DNA of 23,000 nt from Candidatus Krumholzibacteriia bacterium (GTDB lineage Bacteria; Krumholzibacteriota; Krumholzibacteriia; WVZY01): positions 1-23,000 of the forward strand of contig JBHHVD010000051.1 in the NCBI GenBank assembly GCA_046754105.1, in the 5' to 3' direction. The translations under genes and the position numbers were made by a program. Of this stretch, positions 17,193 through 23,000 are shown piece by piece (position 1 is the first letter of the stretch; the number at the start of each line of letters is the position of its first letter). Under the pieces are notes generated by a model, which saw only the letters and a list, made by a program, of their open reading frames with translations, was not told the DNA's origin and searched no databases.

Positions 17193-18681
17193 ACTCCTGG
17201 TCATTCCCATTTGTATCGCGATCCTCGTGTCCACGTCCGTAGCTCGAGACGGGCCCGCGGTCGTAGTGGGATCGAAGAAGTTCAACGAGAGCTACATCCT
17301 GGCCGAAATCATTGCGCGGCTTCTCGAGGACCGTGGCATCCCGGTACAGCGAAACACGGGGCTGGGTGGTACGCTGGTATGTTACGAGGCCTTGAAACAC
17401 GGCGAGATAGACGTGTACCCGGAATACACGGGCACGCTGGAGCAGGCGGTGCTGAAATCGCCGCGCCGCCTGTCGTACGAGGAGCTGCGCAGGGAACTCG
17501 TTGCCGATCACGGTCTCGTCCTCCTCGACGCGCTCGGCTTCGACAATACCTACGCGATCGCACTCAAGAAGTCCACCGCGGAACGCTTGGGTGTGAAGAA
17601 AATCGGCGACCTGGCGTCGGCAACGGATCTGACCTATGCGTTCAGCCACGAGTTTCTCAACCGCCAGGACGGCTGGCCCGGGCTCGCGCTCGAATACGGG
17701 CTCGGAGCGCGGCCGCGTGGGATCGAGCACGGGCTCGCCTACCAGGCCATCGCGGACGGCAAGATCGACGTCACCGACGTTTATTCCACAGACGGCGATA
17801 TCCGCAAGTACGACCTCGTGCTGTTAGAGGACGACCGCGGCTATTTCCCCCGGTACCTCGCGGCGCCGCTGGTGAGCTCGGCACTGAGCGCGCGCATACG
17901 GAAGATCCTGAACGAGCTCGCCGGCACCATCACCGCAGAGAAGATGCAGGCGCTCAACGCGCAGGTGCTGCTCGAGGGGAAGGCGTTCGCCGCGGTCGCG
18001 GCTGAGTTCCTCGTAGAGCGAGGCCTCGTGCGGCCGGCAGGGCACTTCGTGGAAACGGGCCTGTGGCGTGTTTTGTTCCGCCGCACGGCGACGCACCTCA
18101 AATTGACGTTTGTCGCGCTGCTCGCCGCCATCGTTATCGCCGTACCCCTGGGCGTACTTGTATACCGCGTGCGGGGCCTGGCGAGGGCCGTGATTTATGT
18201 TGCGGGTATGATGCAGACCATACCGTCGATCGCTCTGCTAGCGTTCATGATCCCCCTCTTCGGGATCGGGGCCGTACCGGCCATGGTGGCGCTGTTCATG
18301 TACGCCCTGCTTCCCATCTTGAGAAACACGGCAACAGCGTTGTACTCGATCGATCCGACTTTGAAGAAAATTGGTGTCGGAATGGGTCTGACGGTATGGC
18401 AGAGACTGCGCTACATAGAACTGCCATTGTCCATGCCCAACGTCCTGGCGGGAATCAAGACGGCCGCCGTAATCAACATTGGCACGGCGACGCTGGCCGC
18501 GTTTATCGGGGCGGGCGGACTCGGTGAGCCAATCGTCACCGGGCTTGCCCTCAACGATACCGGTCTTATCCTGGAAGGCGCGATACCGGCAGCGGTTCTC
18601 GCCATACTCACCGAGCTCGGGTTCGAAGGACTCGAGCGCGTGTTCATTCCACGCCACCTGCTTGCTCGCGGCGGCGAATGA
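17188..18681 (+). CDS. Glycine betaine/quaternary-amine ABC transporter, substrate-binding domain fused N-terminally to the permease; probable ATT start
   Basis: SBP motifs GSKKFNESYILAE, IDVYPEYTGT, GFDNTYA, EFLNRQDG, YSTDG; permease motifs QTIPSIALLA, YALLPILRNT, ATLAAFIGAGGLG. The start position is inferred (see findings). Confidence 0.88.
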   Translation: MKLLVIPICIAILVSTSVARDGPAVVVGSKKFNESYILAEIIARLLEDRGIPVQRNTGLGGTLVCYEALKHGEIDVYPEYTGTLEQAVLKSPRRLSYEELRRELVADHGLVLLDALGFDNTYAIALKKSTAERLGVKKIGDLASATDLTYAFSHEFLNRQDGWPGLALEYGLGARPRGIEHGLAYQAIADGKIDVTDVYSTDGDIRKYDLVLLEDDRGYFPRYLAAPLVSSALSARIRKILNELAGTITAEKMQALNAQVLLEGKAFAAVAAEFLVERGLVRPAGHFVETGLWRVLFRRTATHLKLTFVALLAAIVIAVPLGVLVYRVRGLARAVIYVAGMMQTIPSIALLAFMIPLFGIGAVPAMVALFMYALLPILRNTATALYSIDPTLKKIGVGMGLTVWQRLRYIELPLSMPNVLAGIKTAAVINIGTATLAAFIGAGGLGEPIVTGLALNDTGLILEGAIPAAVLAILTELGFEGLERVFIPRHLLARGGE

Positions 18682-18692
18682 CGGCTTTTTCT

Positions 18693-18722
18693 TTGACACG
18701 CCGAAACCCGGATCTGTAGTAT
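18693..18722 (+). promoter_or_regulatory. Sigma70-like promoter for uppP, TTGACA-N18-TAGTAT
   Basis: Perfect -35, TAnnnT -10, 18-nt spacer, T-rich sequence upstream; located in the intergenic gap. Confidence 0.55.
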
Positions 18723-18804
18723 CCGTGCGATCACGCGTCGGTCGTAGCGTGTCGGCCGAGTAAGCCGGTCGGGCCCTGTCGCAACCAGAGGGAAGTGCCA
18801 GCGA

Positions 18805-19611
18805 ATGGACGTACTCCGTGCCTTCATCCTGGGCGTCGTCCAGGCGATAACCGAGTTTCTGCCGATCTCTTCGTCCGCGCATCTCATCGTGCTGCGCGAG
18901 TGGCTCGGGTTCGAGGCGGTCGACGGGCTCACGTTCGACGTCGCTCTCCATATGGGAACCGCCCTGGCGCTCATCGTCTATTTCCGAAAAGACCTCGGCC
19001 GCCTGCTGCTCGGCGCGGTTGGCGGTCTCCGAAGCGGCGGAACCGGTACCGAGAGACGCATGCCGTGGTATATCCTCGCGGCTACGGTTCCCGCCGCGGT
19101 TGTGGGGATACTCTTCGGTGATGTCCTCGAGAATGCGCTGCGAACCCCGAGGGTCATCGTCGTGACTCTGGTCGCGGGAGGGGCCTTGTTCCTCATCGTC
19201 GAGCGCGTGGCGAACGCGCAGCGGCGGCTCGCCGATATGACGCTGGCAAGCAGCGTCTTCATCGGGATGGCCCAGAGCCTGGCCCTCGTGCCGGGAGTGT
19301 CCCGTTCGGGGATCACGATCGTCGCGGGGATGTCGCGGCGATTCGAGCGCTCGGAAGCCGCGCGTTTTTCGTTCCTCCTCTCGGTGCCGATCATGCTGGG
19401 GGCGGGACTCAAGAAGGCGATTGAAATCGACGGACTTGCGCTGGATGGCGGGCAGATTGCAGCGTTGACCGTCGGCACGGTGACCGCCGCTGTTACCGGT
19501 TGGCTGGTTATCCGTTATCTCCTTGCGTTTCTCCGCACGCACCGTCTCGACCTGTTTGCCTACTATCGCTTCGGGCTGGCTCTCGTAGTGCTCCTGCGGC
19601 TCGCCGCATAA
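18805..19611 (+). CDS. uppP: Undecaprenyl-diphosphate phosphatase (BacA/UppP)
   Basis: LGVVQAITEFLPISSSAHL and ALVPGVSRSGITI signature motifs; AARFSFLLSVP. Confidence 0.96.
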   Translation: MDVLRAFILGVVQAITEFLPISSSAHLIVLREWLGFEAVDGLTFDVALHMGTALALIVYFRKDLGRLLLGAVGGLRSGGTGTERRMPWYILAATVPAAVVGILFGDVLENALRTPRVIVVTLVAGGALFLIVERVANAQRRLADMTLASSVFIGMAQSLALVPGVSRSGITIVAGMSRRFERSEAARFSFLLSVPIMLGAGLKKAIEIDGLALDGGQIAALTVGTVTAAVTGWLVIRYLLAFLRTHRLDLFAYYRFGLALVVLLRLAA

Positions 19612-19726
19612 GGAGCCGGGGTTCCCGCTGCCCTGCAAAAATTACCGCACCGAATAACTCCGTCTGGACCCTGATTGTGTACTGTTCTTGCTAATTCCGA
19701 GTGGATACGTATACCCGGAGGAGCTG

Positions 19727-21514
19727 ATGGGCCTCTTTGCGAGGATTACAACAACGGTGCGCCGGCGACTGGTCGATGGGATGACGGTCGTTCGCCGTCG
19801 ATTATTCGCGAGTTTCCAAACCAAGTTCCTTGCTCTGGTTCTGGCAAGCGTGTTGCTGCCGTCCGGCGTGTTGTGGGTGTTCAGCGTGCGCGACACGGAA
19901 CGGTTTCAGACGGCCCAGACCGAGGCGAGATTCCAGTCGGTGCTGCAAGCCACACACAGGGAAATCAACTACTGGTACAAAGACCGCATTGGCGACCTCG
20001 AGAGACTGCTGCAATCGGCCGGTTTTCTCAACTCACTAGAACGCTACTACCTCGAACGAGACCCTGCGGTTCGGGATTATCACAAACGCGAAATCAATAA
20101 ATATTTTGCGATCGTCGGTGAGAAGTTCCCCGTTTACGAGCAGTTTATCGTTCTCGATATGAACGGCAGGTTGATTGTTTCCAACGTCGACGTGTCACGG
20201 GAGACGAGGGCGATGCTGGACTCGTTGCGCGGCAAAGCGCGGGTGGAGCGCTACGTGGCGCCGGCACAGCTCTCCGAGTCGAGGGACGCGTTCTTCCAGT
20301 GGATCCTCGTCCCCGTGGAAATATCGAAGAAGGCGACGGCGACCGCCTGCGTCAAGATGCGTCTGTCCGGGATAAAGGATCTGCTCGACGCCGAAGAGGT
20401 GACCACGGTCGCCGATCTTTTTCTTCTGGACCGGAACGGCAGATTCTTGACCCAACCGCGGATTGCACCGTTCAACCCGACGACCGGGGAAACCGTCAAC
20501 ATGGTCGGCGAGCACGCGATGAGAGTTCCGAGCCCCGACCAGGCGGGAACCGCCATCATCGAGAAGTACACGAAAGAATCCCTGTCCCGGGATGGCAAGC
20601 GCCGCCAGAGGACGAAGTTTCTCGGGAGCAAACTGTACCTGGCCAACCAGCAGTGGTGGCTCGTCTGTGAGGCGGAGGAAAGCCTGCTCGTCGCGCCGGT
20701 AGTCACGCGGAAGAACCGTATTCTGTTCGCCAACTTCCTCGTGTGCGCCCTGTTCTTGCTGGCCGCGTGGAGGATGTCGCGCCACCTCCTCAACCCGCTC
20801 GCCGAGCTGAGCCTCGGTGCCGGCCGAATAAACCAGGGTATGGTGGGCGTGCATATACCGGGCGGTGGTGACGATGAAATCGGACACATGATCTCCGCGT
20901 TCAATGATATGGCCAAGCGAATCAGCGTGTCAGAGGCGGAATTGCAGGCCAAGGCGAAGCAGCTGCAGAGCAAGAACGACGAACTCGTGGGTATGAATGA
21001 CAAACTGGAGCGCCTGTCGGTAACGGACGGCTTGACGGGCCTGTTCAATCACCGGCATTTCTGGAACCTGATGAACAACGAGCTCTCGCGGGCCAGCCTC
21101 TACCACGGGGAACTGGGTCTCGTGCTGCTGGACGTCGACAATTTCAAGAAGGTCAATGACAAGTTCGGTCACGGGACCGGTGACCTGCTCATCCAGCGCA
21201 TCGCCGACGTGCTGCGGGAGACGGTGCGACAGACGGATATGATCGCGCGCTACGGGGGCGAGGAGTTCGCGATTCTGTTCCCGGATGCCAGCCGCGACGG
21301 CGTGCTGGCAGTTTCCGAGAAGGTGCGCGAGGCGGTGGAGGTCATGGTGTTCAAGGTTCCTGAGACCGACATCACCGTGTCGGTGACGGTGAGCGTCGGA
21401 GTGTCGATTTACAGGGGTAATCGCAGGGAGTTTTTCAACGCGGCGGATCGCGCTCTTTACGCGTCGAAGGCGAAAGGTAAGAACCAGGTGCGGTTCGCCA
21501 TGGCGGATAAGTAA
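19727..21514 (+). CDS. Membrane-bound diguanylate cyclase (TM, periplasmic Cache-like sensor, TM, HAMP, coiled coil, GGDEF)
   Basis: TDGLTGLFNHR, LLDVDNFKKVNDKFGHGTGD, intact RYGGEEF with RxxD I-site (RQTD); HAMP DDEIGHMISAFNDMA. ATG 19727 follows GGAGGAG. Confidence 0.92.
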   Translation: MGLFARITTTVRRRLVDGMTVVRRRLFASFQTKFLALVLASVLLPSGVLWVFSVRDTERFQTAQTEARFQSVLQATHREINYWYKDRIGDLERLLQSAGFLNSLERYYLERDPAVRDYHKREINKYFAIVGEKFPVYEQFIVLDMNGRLIVSNVDVSRETRAMLDSLRGKARVERYVAPAQLSESRDAFFQWILVPVEISKKATATACVKMRLSGIKDLLDAEEVTTVADLFLLDRNGRFLTQPRIAPFNPTTGETVNMVGEHAMRVPSPDQAGTAIIEKYTKESLSRDGKRRQRTKFLGSKLYLANQQWWLVCEAEESLLVAPVVTRKNRILFANFLVCALFLLAAWRMSRHLLNPLAELSLGAGRINQGMVGVHIPGGGDDEIGHMISAFNDMAKRISVSEAELQAKAKQLQSKNDELVGMNDKLERLSVTDGLTGLFNHRHFWNLMNNELSRASLYHGELGLVLLDVDNFKKVNDKFGHGTGDLLIQRIADVLRETVRQTDMIARYGGEEFAILFPDASRDGVLAVSEKVREAVEVMVFKVPETDITVSVTVSVGVSIYRGNRREFFNAADRALYASKAKGKNQVRFAMADK

Positions 21515-21530
21515 CGCGGCTCCGGCCCGC

Positions 21531-22232
21531 CTACGGCGCTACCGTCACCGACTCGTGGACCCACCCCGATTTTCCATCCCGCGTCTCCACTTTATACCAA
21601 TCCGCCCGGTCACCGGTCTGGATCAGCACCGATCCGAAGTTCAAACGGTGTACGATTTCGTACTTGAGCCCGGGCCCCCGGCGCATGTTCGCGTGGCTGA
21701 CGGCGACGACGTGAATAATGGTCCTCTCGGCGGTTTCCAGTAGCCGAATCGCGCGCTTGGCGAAATACACAGACGCCGAGTAGCGTTTTTCGGGCAGAAG
21801 CGATTCGCTCTTGGCGATTTTGTCCTTGGCGCGGCGCACGTTGGCCAGCTGCTTTACTGAGGAGTCATCACGAATGCGTTTGTCGTAGGCGAGTTTGGCC
21901 TCGGCCAGGGTTGCGACGGCGGAGGCCTTGGTCTCCTGGCTCTGCAGGCCGCGCTCGAGGCTGATGAACTGTTGTTCGGCGTACTCGAGGTATTCTCGCG
22001 TGCGCTCCAGCTCTTCTTGCAACGAGCGGATGGCTTCGAGTTGATTCTCGGAGGCGGCGGTCAGCTCGGCGATACGCTCATTTTTCGAAGAGAGCGCCTT
22101 TTGGAGGCGGTTGCTGTCGGCGTTACTTGCGGACCGGCCGAGCCCCAATGCGCATCCGGATATCCACGGCACGGCAAGAAGCGGCAGAGCCAGGCGCGCG
22201 AGATGTTGAATATTCGAGGTCGTCCGGGGCAT
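21531..22232 (-). CDS. Predicted lipoprotein with a long coiled-coil/helical region and C-terminal bacterial SH3 domain
   Basis: Lipobox ISG-C; heptad-rich NERIAELTAASENQLEAIRSLQEELERTRE; SH3b-like ANMRRGPGLKYEIV...WYKVETRDGKSGWVHES. Confidence 0.8.
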   Translation of the reverse strand: MPRTTSNIQHLARLALPLLAVPWISGCALGLGRSASNADSNRLQKALSSKNERIAELTAASENQLEAIRSLQEELERTREYLEYAEQQFISLERGLQSQETKASAVATLAEAKLAYDKRIRDDSSVKQLANVRRAKDKIAKSESLLPEKRYSASVYFAKRAIRLLETAERTIIHVVAVSHANMRRGPGLKYEIVHRLNFGSVLIQTGDRADWYKVETRDGKSGWVHESVTVAP

Positions 22233-22248
22233 ACGCGCATTGTAGAGC

Positions 22249-22263
22249 GCAAGAGCTGTGCCA
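22249..22263 (-). promoter_or_regulatory. Sigma54-type -24/-12 promoter TGGCACAGCTCTTGC upstream of the SH3 lipoprotein gene
   Basis: Matches TGGCACR-N4-TTGC with exact GG-N10-GC spacing; intergenic and correctly oriented. Confidence 0.55.
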
Positions 22264-22323
22264 TGCGCCCGGCGGTACGGGGATGGAATGGAGTTTGGGG
22301 GGGGCGGCCCGCGGATCGCGGTG

Positions 22324-22914
22324 TCAGCCCCGGGGGCGACGGTGACGCAAGGCGTTGTAAGAACGGTAGATCGAAGACGCCGCGACGATTTTCAAGAGGT
22401 CGCCGGCCACGAACGGGACGTAGCCGACGCTCAGCGAGCGCGACAGGTCGTGGGTGTAGAAGACGGTCAGGTGCGCGACCCCCAGCGAGAGTATGGTGAG
22501 CGAGCCGAGCCAGAACACCAGGGGGGGCCACCACAGGGCTGTCCGGCGCCCGACCAGTCTGCCGACCACGACCGGCGCCACGAGAAACCCGAGCAAATAG
22601 CCGCCCGTCGGGCCCGAGATAACCGCCCATCCCGCCGCGCTACCCGCAAAGACGGGAAGACCCAGCGCCCCGAAACCCACGTAGAACCACTGGCCGAGAG
22701 AACCGGCTCTCGGCCCAAGGAAGGCCCCGGCGAGGAGCACGAACAGGGTCTGCAGCGTGATCGGAACCGGCTGCAGCGGAATGCGGATGTTGGCCCCGAC
22801 GAAGGTCAAACCCGCAAAAAGCAGGGCTCCGAGCAGGCCGGTCAACAAGCGTCTGCCGGTGTCCGGCGCCGCCACGGCGACGCCGCGGAGAGCAGTTTCC
22901 GTTGCGTTTGTCAA
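22324..22914 (-). CDS. bioY: Biotin transporter BioY (ECF S-component)
   Basis: PVPITLQTLFVLLAGAFLG, GLPVFAG, GPTGGYLLGF, PFVAGDLLK. TTG 22914 after an SD-like GGGAG is preferred over 22956. Confidence 0.92.
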   Translation of the reverse strand: MTNATETALRGVAVAAPDTGRRLLTGLLGALLFAGLTFVGANIRIPLQPVPITLQTLFVLLAGAFLGPRAGSLGQWFYVGFGALGLPVFAGSAAGWAVISGPTGGYLLGFLVAPVVVGRLVGRRTALWWPPLVFWLGSLTILSLGVAHLTVFYTHDLSRSLSVGYVPFVAGDLLKIVAASSIYRSYNALRHRRPRG

Positions 22915-23000
22915 AAAGGGCTCCCTTCCGCGTCCAGAGCCGTAACCTTGATCCAAAACCGGGCTTGTGTCAAAGCGTTTTTTGATCCTCCACGAAGGGG

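Noticed and set aside
22905..23000. BirA operator upstream of bioY (TGTCAAA twice, TTGATCC twice)
   Set aside because: These are direct repeats, not the inverted TGTnAAC-N14-16-GTTnACA arrangement; the region is also cut by the window edge.

Overview
GC-rich bacterial chromosomal window with 14 well-supported CDSs; I found no rRNA/tRNA gene, CRISPR array or mobile element. Minus-strand left arm: NifU/NfuA-type Fe-S carrier, a B12-binding-like radical SAM enzyme, and a four-gene operon (secreted beta-propeller, RND adaptor lipoprotein, two different AcrB-family permeases, no TolC). Plus-strand right arm: DUF2207 membrane protein, N-terminally short orphan SucA, osmoprotectant-type ABC importer (ATPase plus SBP-permease fusion), UppP and a HAMP-GGDEF diguanylate cyclase. 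These converge on a minus-strand SH3 lipoprotein and BioY. Main finding: the ORF track truncates the radical SAM gene. Its UGA at 957-959 lies within W-F-C-(UGA)-A-E-P and is followed by a SECIS-like hairpin, so it is very likely a CUAEP-tail radical SAM selenoprotein (921-2420), directly upstream of an Fe-S carrier gene. Second finding: the ABC SBP-permease fusion appears to start at a non-canonical ATT codon (17188), which restores a signal peptide. Product calls come from motif recognition by eye; no searches were run.
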